A stretch of DNA of 63,701 bases, counting the filler, from Bigelowiella natans CCMP2755 (Eukaryota > Protista > Cercozoa): NCBI GenBank assembly GCA_000320545.1. It is 5 parts of 5 records of this genome, joined end to end, with 100 filler letters (N's around TTAATTAATTAA, not from the genome) between each part and the next. Parts side by side here need not be neighbours in the genome. Positions count along the whole stretch, not along the records: positions 1 to 31,461 come from ADNK01002060.1; 4 more parts are not named here. One strand, written 5' to 3'. How positions within the stretch are numbered: position 1 is the stretch's first letter; each line of letters opens with the position of its first letter. Below are positions 1 to 14,514 of this stretch, one piece after another. Under the pieces are notes generated by a model. That model did not search any database. It was given only the letters and a program-made list of their open reading frames with translations, and was not told the origin of the DNA. The position numbers and the translations under genes were made by a program.

Positions 1-39
1 TAAGGTAGGAAGGAAGGACGAGTTGCGACGACGTTACTA

Positions 40-77
<38 letters not shown>

Positions 78-138
78 CAAATGCGTGGTTCGTGCATTAG
101 GAGTGTATAGGTGTGCTACTATGCGATCCCCTTGCTCA

Positions 139-173
<35 letters not shown>

Positions 174-229
174 GTTAAAGCTGCAACAGACACCAACCCC
201 GTCTGCTATGTGACTGTGCATCTGCATCA

Positions 230-402
230 CGCGTGTTCCCTGAAGGCGAAGGAGAAAGAATGGCGTGGGAGATGGGTTAGAGGCGACGTGAGAGAAGATG
301 CGATGAGACGAAACAACGGTGCTAAATACCAAGTACGAGAGCGAAACGTAGAGAACCTGATCGAACATGCAAATAACTTACTAATGCACACAACCAGCGG
401 GC

Positions 403-450
<48 letters not shown>

Positions 451-604
451 AGGGAAGGGGAGATAGAGCCACTACCGAGAACACTATAGGAGTCGACACC
501 CACATCCTTTCCGCAAAAGGTAGATCATTGCCCGAGCTTCTATACATCTTCCATCTGACCAACCAAATAGGAGGTCAGAGTGACCCCGCTCTGATTTCAT
601 AATA

Positions 605-652
<48 letters not shown>

Positions 653-1211
653 TCACACCGATTTCTCCATAGAACCAGCATCGCTACATGCCCAACACAT
701 GCCAGAATGGGCAGCAGTAACCTATCAAGTAACAGCACATAAACATAGGCGACTGAGCCACTATCCTTCTTGCATTGCTAGCAAGCAGATGCGACAAAGA
801 ATGGCCGGCGAGTGATGGATGATGTCTGTCACAGATGTAATCGATTTGGTTATACCGATGAAGATTCACTGGAAGTTCCTTGAGCTCCATCAAAGAAAAG
901 GCTCCTACCACTGCGTCTCGTCTGTAATTTAGGAGATGTGCTGATTCAGTACTGTATACCGCATATTATTCCCTCCAAATGACCTCATATTGACTATTGG
1001 AAAAGAAGCTGATAGGGATGCCGTTCGGGAGCGTCGACGCGATGATATCGGCGACTCAAGCTCTTCATCAGAGAGTGGGGATGATGGGCTATTCATCGTA
1101 GATGCAGCTGATTTTGGACTAGCATCGATATTTTGTTGCGTGCTAGAGTCCATTCTGGTTGGAACTTTTACCTGAGGAAGGTCTTATCTCACCACATTGC
1201 CTCCTCTCGCA

Positions 1212-1263
<52 letters not shown>

Positions 1264-1380
1264 TGTTGCCTTGCCCTCTCTTCATCTTTCACGCCTTTCT
1301 GCCCTCCTCTCAACCCCACATACTCATTCCCTGACCTAGCCCAGACACAGTAGTGCTGCCGGAAGGACGAATCCAAGGTG
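230..1380 (-). CDS. Hypothetical multi-exon protein (partial, boundaries uncertain)
   Basis: Ser-rich exon-like ORF 929-1153 and further exon-like blocks between microsatellite-filled introns. No recognisable domain. Confidence 0.3.
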
Positions 1381-1639
1381 GCAACTGTGTCCGTTGATAT
1401 TATTGTTAATGTTGCTTGTTATGATCAAAATAGACAATAACTTATACCAGAAATATCGTACTCGATTTCCAAACGACATTGAGCTTCTGACTAAAAATCA
1501 CGTGGTTCTAAAGCCTACGACATCGAAATCTTTTTGTCGCAGAATTAAGAACTAGTTGTCCTGCCCCCCCGGAAACACTAGTCTCCGAGCTTGTTTGCGA
1601 GTTAGGCCTGTGGCTAGGGGACGGTCCACATTCGTCACG

Positions 1640-4123
1640 ATGCCAATCCTTCGAATTTCTATTCTTCTTGCAGCAAGCTGTGCCTATTCTGCGAGCAACG
1701 TGAGTCCTTCCGAGCGGCCCTCGCAGCTGTGCTATGACTGATCAATTGCCATTCCCATTAAAGGCCGAGCTCGCTCACGTATGCGCTTTTTAATGTCCCA
1801 TAGGATCCCTCTTGCGGCGATGCTGAAACATGCACCCTTCCAACCGGTCTCGAGGATCTTAATATTCCTTATATCGACTATCTTCTAGACACTCCCAAAC
1901 TGAACGAGGTTGCGAAGATGATGACCCTAAAGCACGCGAAATTACTATCAACATCGTTTTCTGATTATCTTTCCATCTTTCCTCTAATCGATGCGGCATA
2001 CACGTTCTTTCAGAGGCCGATGGGAGCCAAATTCCGCAACTTTCGTTCTTCGGACATTGTCATGTACTGGGACGATGGGTCGGAAGAAGGTGTCTACAGC
2101 GGGCTAATTCCCTCCATGCAAGGAAGTGCAACGTTATCGTACGTCGCATTCTAACAATTAGCTAATGATAATCATAGTGAACCACCTTTCACTAAATCCA
2201 AACATGGATATTTCAGGTATGAAGGGCACAGCTTCATCTTCTACGAGAGAGGACCGAATGGAGAGCGCTTGGGGCGGTTGATTAAACATACGATGAAGAA
2301 AGGACAAGCGATCTACATAATCCCTCCAGACGACCCTGAGGTATCGAAACTCCGAATTTGGAGAAGACAAAATATAGATGGATATGCCCTGTAATCTTGC
2401 TGGTAACCGGTGCGAAAACCATCAAATCGATTTACCGTTTAAATGATACTATTACTATATATCACAACCAACCACCTTACGTGAATGCCATTGTTATCTA
2501 CCCTTTGATGCTTCACAGACGAAGAAGACAGCGTTTTACAAAAGCACTCAAGAGGAAATCGCATTTTTCGACAAGTAGCACCCGAACAAGCAGAAGAAAG
2601 AAGACAACTTACGATGATAACATAACGCCCAGCATATCAATAAACGCACGTACTTTAATACTTCTTTCCTCCATGCACTACTCGCTTCTCTTCCTTAAAT
2701 TCCTCCTCCTCCTCCTCCTCCTCCTCCTCCTCCTCCTACTACTACTACTAGATATTACAGCGAGAACAACACGCCATGGCTGTCTTACTACCCTCGAGGC
2801 GCTCCGATATTACCATTTCACCCCGCCGATTACCTCGGCCAAGTCCACAACATCACCTCGCAGCATGGATACCTGCGCTGCGATCCTGCGACAGCGGGGG
2901 GGTGGGGGTGGGGGAAGAGCGATTGCGGCAAGGGTGTTCCTGCAACTTTACAGCTGAAAGTCATTTCTATTGAACCGCGAGCGATTTTCATTCCGAAGCT
3001 GTTGTCGGAGTACGAAATTGGCCACGTTTTGGAGCTTGGCCGGAAAACCGTCGCAAGATCTACGGTACCGCCAGAACGCTGTGATGTTTGTCAACCGTCA
3101 TCATCATCGTCATCATCATCATCATCATTAACATTGAATATATACATATAGATATATGTGTGAATATAAATAATATCAGGTCGGAAACGGTCCTGGCTCT
3201 TACACCTCAAACACTCGCACATCGAGCACCGGTTGGCTCCGAAGGTGCGGTGAGAACTATGATGGTTATGATGCTGACGACGATGGTGGTGAGGATAAAT
3301 CACATGGAAGATAGAGGGGAGGCAGGGAAGGAACAAGAAGAACTAGTTGAACAAAACGGTGATGATGATGATGGTGATGATGATGATGATGATGAAAGTA
3401 TGATATTGAGCGCTAATTTTCGTCAGAAACGCTTCACCGATCGTCGATTACATATTTCTTCGATTTGCGGATGTTCTTGGGATTGATGAAAAGCTGCTAA
3501 ATCACGACGCGAATGCGGAAAACCTCCAGGTTGGTTGAGAGCAATTAGAATTAGCGGCTCTCTTCTTCTCGAAAGTTGTCGCATTAAAACCTTCTGATTG
3601 GCATGTTTCTGTTTCTCACAGATCGTGCATTATCTTGAAGGCCAGCAGTACACGCCCCATCATGACTTTGGGGACTCCGGCCGGCCCAACACCCGTTTTC
3701 TCACATTATTCGTCTACATCAAAGCAGCTAAAGCGGGGGGGGGGACCTCCTTTCCGAACGCTTACGGGGGGAGGGGAATGAAGGTGTGCGACTATATGAT
3801 ATGGTGCAAATACTAAAAATCGGCCACAACTCGTAATCATAACTCGAATCGTAGTGAGTATTCAACATCAAGAGAATCTCGCTTTGTTCTTTCGATATTC
3901 ATGTTGTGAGCTCCCCATTGCGGAGACGATAGGCGTGATCATTTGGTGTTGTGAATATCATCATATCATGCAGGTTGAGCCTCGAGACGGTGACGCGTTG
4001 TTGTGGTACAACATGCTTCCTGATGGAAACGGCGACGAGCTCAGTTTGCACGCTGGGATGCCAGTACAAGCAGGGGAGAAGTGGGGCGCTAATCTATGGA
4101 TATGGGACCCTGATTTCCGATGA
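1640..4123 (+). CDS. P4H: Prolyl 4-hydroxylase alpha-type 2OG-Fe(II) dioxygenase with signal peptide (about 11 exons)
   Basis: Spliced reading MPILRISILLAASCAYSASN...LKVISIEPRAIFIPKLLSEYEIGHVLE...RTSSTGWLRR...ENLQIVHYLEGQQYTPHHD...RFLTLFVYI...GGGTSFP...GDALLWYN...SLHAGMPVQAGEKWGANLWIWD. The HxD...H...K triad is present and introns are GT-AG. Confidence 0.92.
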
Positions 4124-4199
4124 GGGGGACGAAGCTATTTGTATTATTGTTGTGCAACTAGGATTGTATGTGAATGTGCATGCATCAGGTATATCATCG

Positions 4200-4860
4200 C
4201 ATGCATGATGCCGCCCGTTTTCTGCATGCTTAAATGTGCCCATAATGAATTCCGCAACGGATAATTTTTATGCGTACATGACAAGCGATGTGTGAATAAT
4301 TCTGACCCGATCGATCAGGCCGTGTTTATTGTACATCGTAGCATGGCAATATGGAGCTACCATGTCGAGTTGTACATGCGCATGATGCGCTCCACGTGCA
4401 TGATATCTATTGCGCAGTTGTCTACCTATTATTCGTGCCTAGCTGCATAGACTGCTGTAAGCAGTAGACCCGGGAAACAACACACGCTACATACTAAAAT
4501 CATCGCCAACACATCATGCATAGCTGTAATAGACCAGCACGATCAAAGCACTACTGAAAATCATACATCGTTCATCATTTCGTACACGCAAGAAGCGAAT
4601 GGTGATCTGATTGCTTGTAGTTGGCAATGTCAGTACGTGTACATATGTACGTGGAGAGAATACAACCAAACATCACCATGCAAAAGCCATCCATCGAAGC
4701 GACTGTTGAATTCCATCACGGGGTCATCGATATAACAATAATGCCGACGCACACGACGATATAAGTAGCACTATGCATATCTACATATATGCATACAATC
4801 GACCACTTTTTAACCATCTCACAACGAACAACCAAGCGCTTACGCAGCGTTATAACCGAC
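4200..4860. repeat. Partly TA-depleted, GCATGC/AGCT-rich intergenic island (probable decayed repeat)
   Basis: Excess of TGCA/CATG/AGCT words in the spacer 3' of P4H. No ORF. Confidence 0.35.
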
Positions 4861-4899
4861 GTGATGCCTCTACTGTGCGTGATAACAGTTGCGGTAGAT

Positions 4900-5399
4900 G
4901 TTAAAATCCCTGGAAACAGGAGTCGTATGTAAGTGACGTGCCTGTAGTAGTCGGATTATCATTCTGACGATGAGCGTTCAGAGTGTCCCAAACCTACATC
5001 GAAATGACACGAGTAAAGAACAATAACTGACTGTCTTAGCGCGGACACCATTCCTTTCATCAGCCCATCGTAACCACGCGCACACATTCCCGCATCACAC
5101 ATAGCACGCTATCGTCTTTACTTGCGCTACTGCAACTGGGTATCTTGGCTTCAGATTCGAGGTTGTTTGATCCATCTCTGCAAAGAACATCGTCAAATCA
5201 TTTCCAGCTTAACCAGGCTACCACCCCCCTCGCCCAAATGGCCGATGAATTCTTTCCTCAAAACGCAATCGATCCATTTATGTTAATTACCACTAGGAAT
5301 TAGGGCTGCTACGTTCTGCGAATGCCATGAGTAAAAGCTGCAGCTGTTTCGGGGAATCATCTGTGAAGCCCCTTCAGAGGACAAATAATCGTTAGTACA

Positions 5400-5448
<49 letters not shown>

Positions 5449-6247
5449 TTCATATCAAGAGCTTCTCAAGAGCTCCTCAACCTGCACGTCACAAAGTCTC
5501 TCGGCTCTGGGAGCGCCAACTTGCCCACAAAACAGGCTAATCCCCACAACCGATTATGGACTTAGCAGAATCGTGCAGATACAACCCCCCCCCCCCCCCC
5601 CTTCCCCCCCCACACATACTTAGCCAATTATTTTGACGAGAGCATGGCGTCAGCGATCACGAAACCAGCAAATCATCCGTACGTGTACTGCTACTAGTAG
5701 ACGCAGCTGCGTGCGCTCTCACCTACCGAGCACTTCATGTCATCCATGTTTTCCAAATGGGGTAGTTCAAACTTCTCCGCGCGATTGGTAATCGCAGGGC
5801 GTATTTGTGTATATTTTGTGCGACAATGATTATTAGGGAAAAAACCGTATGAGGAAATAACTCCTCGAAGAAGCTCAGCAACACCTCCCTCACGGGCGAC
5901 ATGGCGGTTGCGGTTGCCCTCCTCCTCGCCCTCCTTGCCCCCCAAGGACGCGTGTGCTGCTGTGCCCCCGCGTTTTCCTTGGTCACTGGGAAGTTACATC
6001 GGAGGGATGTTCTCTTGAATTGCCAATGGTACAGCTTTCTAGCATCGTAATTACCAGGGACCGGACCCACCCCCTCCTCCTGAACATCAATAGGACGTGG
6101 GCTGACTCAGCTCAGAAGGTGGTGACCGAGGACATTGTCCAGATCAGTGGGGAAAACGAAGCTGGGTGGAGGAGGAGGAGGAGGCGCTTCCCTAGAGAAT
6201 TAATTTCCCGACCCCCCCTTAGTGTGATACTAATACGAAAACGCGTG

Positions 6248-6285
<38 letters not shown>

Positions 6286-6882
6286 TATATAAATATATAT
6301 AAAACTTAAAATAGTTGAATCTTGAATGTATTGCTGCTTTCAGAACACCATCACCACCACTACACAATGCGCTGTCGCATAAATACACGCCAACACACGT
6401 GCATGCACGTGTGCATTCATTTTCATTCATTCTCATGGCTAACATCATCATCATCATCGTCGTCGTCATCTTCATCAAACATTGCTTTAAATTAGAAGAC
6501 ATACCCCCAACATTTCCCTCCGTCAGATACAACACAGTGCTCGCAATGGGGTGTCGCACCTACGACATTCATATCCACCATAGTGTCATCTTCATAATCG
6601 ATCTCCCCCCCCCCCCCAATTACCACCCTTAAATGGATGGGAGAGGCGAATGAGCGGCCTCCCTCACCAGCATCGACATATCGGTGGCAAGTACCTTAGC
6701 GTCTTTCATGTTACTAACACCTTCGTTGTCGCTGTCGTAGTGTAGTTGATGGCCTGATCCACCACGTTGGGGCATTATGGCACAATGACGATGATGATGA
6801 TGATAATGATGACGGTGATGGTCATAGCGATACCACCGTGCACCCCAACATGTACATTACTGACTCACAAATTAGGATGAGT

Positions 6883-6924
<42 letters not shown>

Positions 6925-7199
6925 CATAATTATGATTCATACTAGAGATAGAGAGGGGAGGGGGGAGGGGCCATCATCGTTGTTTGATTACGGAAGATAA
7001 GATTTGTTGTTCTCTTTTCCTACACACTCGTGGAATGATCTATAATCTCACATATTTGCTACTACTACGACGACTACTACTACCTGATTGATGAGGCCGT
7101 CGATGTGCCCACCATTCCTATCATCATCGTTTATCACAGTATAGATAATACGAGGGAGATAAGAACAAACAGCTCCGTACTTGTCTTCTAAATCTTCGT

Positions 7200-7240
<41 letters not shown>

Positions 7241-7799
7241 CTGTCACGGTCATCATCATCATCATCTTCTTCTTCTTCATCATCATCATCATCTTCATCA
7301 TCACAGTCATCGCCTTCGCATATATCATACACTTACGCACCGCGTGTGTTGCCTTTGCCACATCGGGAAATCTGAGAGAGAGAGAGAGAGAAAAGGGGGG
7401 GGGGGGGGGGGGGGGGAGGAAAAAAATATCCCAGAAAAAAAAAAGAACAACTACCATTAAAAAGGAGGCGTAAAGCTACAAACACTATCACTGCTACTTC
7501 TAGATACCCCTCCCCCCCTCCTCTCTCTCTCTCTCTCTCTCTCTATGTGTGTGTGTGTGTGTGCGCGCGCGCGCGCGCGATCCAGCACGCATATGCAACC
7601 GTTTCTGTGCTATTTTTTGAAGATATTTGACAACGACATCAAGCATCGAATGAACTGGGACTGATGATGATGATGCTGCTGCTGCGAATGGTGTGGAGGC
7701 GGGGGGGCTTTGCTGCTGCTGCTGCTTCTAATTGTAGAGGGGGAGGAGAGGAGTGGGCAAGTAATTCATGATAATTCATTGACAAAGTTCTGTATTATT

Positions 7800-7843
<44 letters not shown>

Positions 7844-8224
7844 TATATTTATATTATTGAATGACCTAAGAATAGTAGTGTTAATCTACCTCATCCTTCG
7901 TCTCGTCTTGTTGCACTTGCAGAGTATGTGCGTAGGAGAAGTAGTGTCCATCAATTTCACGGTATCTGTTCCGATGACGGAAAAAATGGTGATGTTAAGG
8001 ATGGTGAAGGCTATGTTATAATGACCATCAATCTCTCGTAGCGACATGTGAGTATGCAACGAAGAACATCAAAAGCCAAGTATTGGGAGATCGATGTAGT
8101 CGATGAAACAGCAGCTAATTTCGCAATGTTTCAAGTACCTATGCTCCTTCCAGAAGCGTGTGGGAGATATTGAATTCGTGCTATCTGAGGGGATTTTGGG
8201 AAAACAAATGCAATCGGTATTAAT

Positions 8225-8260
<36 letters not shown>

Positions 8261-9182
8261 GCATTAAGCATAGAACATCGTCAGTTGATGTACAGTGCGT
8301 GTACCTACCTCCAACAAACGTGGTTATCATTTGCTTTAGCATGCGTATAGGCAATGCGTCATCAACCTAAGTAGTAGAAGGCAGAGGAAGAGGAGGAGGA
8401 GGAGGAATACATACGATAATCACGTGAATCAACGCTATCTACATGATTCAGATCGTCATCATCACCACCCCTTGTTATCCGAGGAATGGTCAGTTTCATT
8501 CTGCCATCAACCCCCTCTTCCACCATTGCTGCTACACAGTGCTTACCATGCAAACGACACTAGACATGGCAGGTGAGATAGACATCGAAGATCTTCTCTC
8601 CTTGGAATACTTTAGGACATTCGATGCTAGCCGCAGCTCATAACCTGATTGCGGCAAAAAAGATCACGGGGCAAAAATGCAGTGAGAATGACGAGGAGAG
8701 AGAACCCATCGTCTAAGTGCAACTATTTGGCGGTCTCTGTCAGGAAATATAGCCGCATCAGTGTCATGTCACGTGCCATCAACCAGTAAGCCCCACCTAG
8801 CGCTTGAACTATACTATCTGCCTCCTCCAGTCGGTCTTCGTGGTAGCAAAGAAGCGCGTATCTTCTCTTCGCACTCTCTATAGCCCGAACATCTCTCACG
8901 CTCCTTTGTTGGCCATTCGTCTGGTCTCTGGTTGAAAGGCCAAGCAAGCTCTTCAGCAGGCTGTTGTCAGGTTATCATCAATAGATTGCCGTCAAATAAC
9001 TGCGACGAAACTCGAAGAACGTCAAGAGGTGGGGAGAGGGGGGTGGATGGGAGAAAGATGTAGAAGAATCTCAAGGGCTTTAGTGAATTCAGGAAAAACC
9101 TTTCAGCCTCCTTCTTCTGCGAGTCATCTGCATCCATTAACAGCAGTCTCGCAGCGTGTAGCTTTGCGGGCACACAGCTGGA

Positions 9183-9218
<36 letters not shown>

Positions 9219-9881
9219 CATTCGTAAGCTTCTCCATACCGAATACTTATATACGGCCACATACCCTCGAGGAAGCTCTTTTATTGCTTGTCGGAAGAAA
9301 GCAAGGGCCTTGACAAGATCTCCCTGTTTCTAATAACAAAGATTCGTGATTTTTTCCCACGGCGTTGTAATAGACCTTTCTAACCAACCTGGTGGAGAAG
9401 GCCCGTTTGAAAATAGCACTCTGACAGCATGAAAGAGTGCGAACCCATTGCGGGGTAGTTGGGATTGTCCAATACATACATCGAACCTGGGAATACCATC
9501 GCCGCTTTAGTAGCTGTTGGGGAGGATGAACATGCGAGCTCGAGAAACAATCAAGGACAGCACCTGGATCTTCCTGCAGTAGCGCTTCCAAACAATCATC
9601 AAAAGCAGTCGTTGCTTTGTCTAGATTGCCTATATGAATCAGCAGGTCGTTCACGGGATAAGCTAGTGCTACGACGGGGGCAAGAGCAGTGATAGGTAAC
9701 CGTGGCTAAGCTCTTCAAGGCCTAACTCAAGAAGTTCCGCCGGATCTTTTTCATCCGCAAAGATGCCTTGTCCTATCGACAACTCCGCGTTGCGTGTTTT
9801 TTGCCTTTTACAACCTGATCCTGTTTCATCGAACCCTTCTTCAAGCTTACGGGAGGGGGATGAAGGGGAGGGGGGGGGCAT
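4900..9881 (-). CDS. Uncharacterised helical-repeat plus 2OG-Fe(II) oxygenase-like protein (multi-exon; the 3' part below ~6200 may be a separate gene)
   Basis: Exons read MPPPSPSS..., ...IHIGNLDKATTAFDDCLEAL (TPR-like), VDDALPIRML, RFWKEH, GHQLHYDSDNEG (HxD, ~6720-6755) and RHPIASTVLYLTEGNVGG (~6505-6560). Confidence 0.55.
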
Positions 9882-10190
9882 GTTCGTAGCTCGGTCCCGC
9901 CCCGCTTCTGAGAGTACGGCTCGGTCGATAACCTTTCGGGCCTTACTAGACTAAGACGTCTCTTCCCAATTGTCGCACTGGATAAATAGCATTTATTTTA
10001 TTAATAAATCGACGATTGGAACAAACGACAAGACAAATACATAGGATTTATGCCCGACGACATGCCTTCATGTCCTGAAATCTCTAGAATCATAACTAAA
10101 GGGAGAGGTTGATCCCACCCCCTTGCGGTAGTCTGTGCATAGGCGCACCGCCGGGTCATTTTGTTACGAGGTGGATAAGAAATACGGTAT

Positions 10191-11674
10191 ATGGAAACAT
10201 CTGGCGACCCCAATAGAGCTGGGGGGTTATTAAATAATGTCAGTTCTGCGATCGTGACCACTTCTTCTCCTCCTCCTCCTCCTCCTCCTCCTCCTCCTGA
10301 AGTGAGTAAGGAAGGAGATACGCACGATGACGACTTGGCTCCTCGAAATCAGCAGCTTCCCGACGAGCTATTCGAACGCTCTGACCCATCAAGATACGAC
10401 ACGAATTCTACAGTCATGCCCAAGCGCAAGAAGACCGACGGCGGCGTAACCCACGAAAGCAGCTTCACGACGTTCTTCGATGAGGCCAATGAAGTGCGAC
10501 TGAGATACCGACTCAAACGTGTTGAGCAACAGATCTCCTGCCTCTATGGAACACTATACGGCTTATGCATGGAAAAAAAACGGGCCTGGGAAGGGTATGT
10601 TCGCATGTATACTGTTCCTGCACCCGTTTCCTTGTGGAATGCTCCTAACGAATTGTCATTTGTCCTCTAAATAAGATTTCGCAAGGTCCACCCACAAACT
10701 CCCCTGTTTCCTGTCGACGAAAATTTCCACGAAGATAACGCCGTAGAAAGGGGTCTTCAAAGCGATGTATCTGATAGCGAGGGATGTGGAGCGAGCTTGG
10801 CGTTCGTTCAAGAATGGCGAGTTTGGATGAAGGTTTTCCCAAACGATTGCTGCACGATAATGGTGGTAATTATGCATTGTATTTTACCATGTATGCATTT
10901 TCCAGGTGGTTATGCATCCAGCGAATATTCGTATTGTGGAGCTGCTTCGCACACGGTACCATAATAACTGCTGATGGAGTGTCCAGGCCTTGCAGTATTT
11001 CGTCATGTTTCAGGTCGCATCTAATAGATTATCAAGAGGAAGTTGAATCGACGCGCGTGGATGCATTAATATGTGCCGTCGTAGCACACATATCAAGGTG
11101 TACGTTCATCATATGTATCGATTCGAAGCTTTCTTTTTCCTGTTGAAGCCAACGAGCGAATTGGCAGCCGTCATGACGCTGTTGCTCTACCTGCTCTTAG
11201 TTGGAAAGTACGGATAGCTCTGTGGGACAAGTACGATGCGAAGTGCTATTGGAGGGATGCAAGGTATGTACTAACCCACCCAAGTGTTCCCTGCTTACTA
11301 AATCCATACACACAAATAAGTACATGCACGCACTCACGCGGACACTGAAGTACATGTTCTCCAGACGCAACACAGCTGCAATCACGTATCCAACGGGCTT
11401 TGACCACTACGTCATTCGAACATTTCACTCCCTCCAGCAGGAGCAGAGGCAGCTTCTGAACCATTTGCCAGAGGGCGGAGCTGTGAAAAGAACTCTGCCC
11501 TCGCAAACAGATCAGAAGGCAGCTGGTAGCATAGCAGCCGAGGCCATAAAAAGTAGCAGCAATACATCGCCTGAATTATTCGCTAAAACTAATGGTGTTC
11601 GGATTAGGGCAGTGTCATCACCTAGCTCTAGGGTCTATAAGAGTAGCATTGATGAGCTCGGGGAGAAAAATTGA
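10191..11674 (+). CDS. Hypothetical protein (multi-exon)
   Basis: Long ORFs 10191-10670 and 11201-11674 with a PKRKK NLS-like motif and plausible splice sites. No family recognised. Confidence 0.4.
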
Positions 11675-11739
11675 AGTCATTGCTTGTCGATCGTCATCAC
11701 TATGCATTCGTACCGAAATTGCAGCACGCACATGCATTA

Positions 11740-12480
11740 TGCCAGCGCGTGCAGGCAGAAACCAGTCATGGAACGTCAGTCCATCGCAAGATGCTTGATG
11801 TCTTGCATTTGATTCACAGAGACCATCTCCTGATGCTCTCTCGTGGCCAATTGCCATTCCTGTGAACGTCTTGTTGCATTTTGGAAATGCAGTGCCATCA
11901 TCATTGTTCATTGTGAGTGAGCACGTGTCTTCTGCAATTGCACTCTGTGCCCTAGATGCATGCAGAGCATTGCAACAACTTCGTCTGCAATCTCGCACAG
12001 TTCATTTTGCTAATTTCACCAGCCAATGCGAGCTTGCACATCGACTCAGTGTCATCATCGCATTTGCACAAGCTTGCAGATTGAGAGCATCAACAGCTGC
12101 ATGCTGAGGCTGTGAACTTTGGTTGGCTTGTGCGTGTGCACATTGCAGTCAGCATGAGTCAGCCTAGCATCACAGACGACATGCAATGTCATGTGCACAA
12201 CATGCATGCTCTGCACTGCACGCGATGCATTGTCGATGTGGCCCGGAGGTGGTTTGTGATTCAACTCAGCTAGTCAGGATGAGGCTGCGCTGCATGCAAG
12301 CAGATTGCACCCTTGTGCAATCTGGCAATCTGGCCTCGCGTTTTAGACTCAGCGGCGCATCATATTTGAGGAACTACGTTTACAAGGTTTGCTCAAAATC
12401 CTTGCTAGCTCTCGCGCGTTAATGCAATGCAATGCAATGCTCTTGACAATTCGAACGAATCTTCTGTCTAATTTTGGCGA
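11740..12480. repeat. TpA-depleted island (hypermutated repeat remnant)
   Basis: Hand count of 5 TA in 11761-12360 (3 CTAG, 1 CTAA, 1 TTAG). TG/CA excess and (AATGC)4 at 12421. Confidence 0.7.
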
Positions 12481-12891
12481 CAATCAGAACAAATTTTAGT
12501 GACACTTCGCCCTACATTTTGTTGAAATGAGAAACCTCCTTGCATCATCTGCTTGTGCTGTCTGGGCCTTCAGACTCATCTTCACGAGAAAGCATCTGTT
12601 GTCACACGAACAGAGGATGCTTAGTGCGTTATCATCAATAGGATTATGATCGGAAACTATCGACTATCATTCGACTACGTGGTTATGTATAAATATGCAA
12701 TATTCATAGACAATATTCATATGTCGAATGTATATTACATACATCTTTTCTTCGATATTCTTCTTATTTTTATACTCTTACAAAATCTTCCATGACTGCT
12801 TCTCGGAGATTCTCCAGTTGTTCCTCTTGCTCAGGTGATAGGTTCTATATCATGCACATGCACACACACTCACACTCACAATCACATATGT

Positions 12892-12967
<76 letters not shown>

Positions 12968-14043
12968 ATGGCCGCGTCGTAAACAATCATTTACCTCTAG
13001 CGTTGTCGTATTTGCAGGCTTCTCTTTATTCGCGTGGTGGCCTTTCCCGTCATTAGATTCTGTTGGGAAAAACGAAGCAATGAGATGAAAAAGGAATCAG
13101 AAGGAAAGCAATCATCCTTTTTCTGCTTCAAAGTTTCCTCTGCATCGGAGGGGTGTCGTGATAATAGCTACCACTACTAAATAATAGCTACTACTACTAC
13201 TACTACTACAACTACTACCACTACTTTTTCCGTTGAAAGTCTTCCTAACGGCTAACACATTCATTGACTACTGGCTATAGCAACCATCCATACCGGGAGA
13301 GTTGATGCTACTGCTGCCTTTAATAAGCTCTTGCAAATCTAGAAATGAAAGAAAACATTCATGGTCTATGAGGAGGCGAAGTCTCTTCCTTTTTATTTAT
13401 TTTTTTCAAATGGAAAATGGTTAGCGAAGGAAGCTGCTCTCAAGAATCGGCAATGGAGGCCATGCAAGGTTGGTGCTGTTTGTGTTGTTCGTCGTTATTA
13501 TTAAGCTACAATTCATCCATTGCTCAAAGAATCCTTTCAGATGAACGGGCTCAGCGTCCTGAACATGCAAGGGAACGGTGAACGGGAATCACGTTAGATT
13601 GATAGAAATCAAGCACGATCGTGCCATAATAGATGCGCTATCGATTGATTTGACAACTGATATTTTCAATGCATCGCAAGGCTGTAACATTTACTTTGTG
13701 GCGCTTCCATTCTTCTCGGACATATTCATTCCCAAACCTTGGCAAAGGCACAGTAATAAGCGATAACATGGATGGGGAGAGAAAAGGTCGCACAATAAAA
13801 ACAATAAAAAACAATCAAGCAGATGTGGGCTTCGCTAGCATGACGCTTCACGCAGCGTCCATTTCCTCCCAGTATCTGACACTTTTGCTTTATTATTCAA
13901 TCTTCTTTTTTGGCTCCTACTCTCTTCTGATTTTATGTTACGTTGCCATCATTGGTGGGAGGACTCTTTTGTGCGTGATCAATATTGCTCTGTAAAGCTT
14001 CAATGCGAAAGCTCTCTTCGAAACCACCGGTGACCCATATACG

Positions 14044-14115
<72 letters not shown>

Positions 14116-14514
14116 TTATGTAAAATTTCGAGATTATTGCATGCATCCTATCATAATATCTGCTTTCTTCGACGGCCATAGCAGTGGGTAACCGAACAGT
14201 GGCGGAGTGAAAGATACCAGTGCTAATTTATACTAGTGAATGTAAGAGACCGTGTGTACTCTCTCCTTTGCTTAAATCCTTATTCATTACGCAATGTGTA
14301 TATATTTGCTCGTTCTATTTTAAAATCAGCTGAGGCAAAAAAGGACCTGATCCAACTTCATCTCCTTCGCTTCTTTGCGTGTGGACTGAGCGAATTATGG
14401 TGCGAGATGTTATTGATTCCAACCGGGCGTGCTAGCAATGTCAACCCAACCTTGTTGTCTGTGGAATAGAAGACGCTTAGGTCACTTGTCCTATTCCCCA
14501 CAACCAGAGCTATT

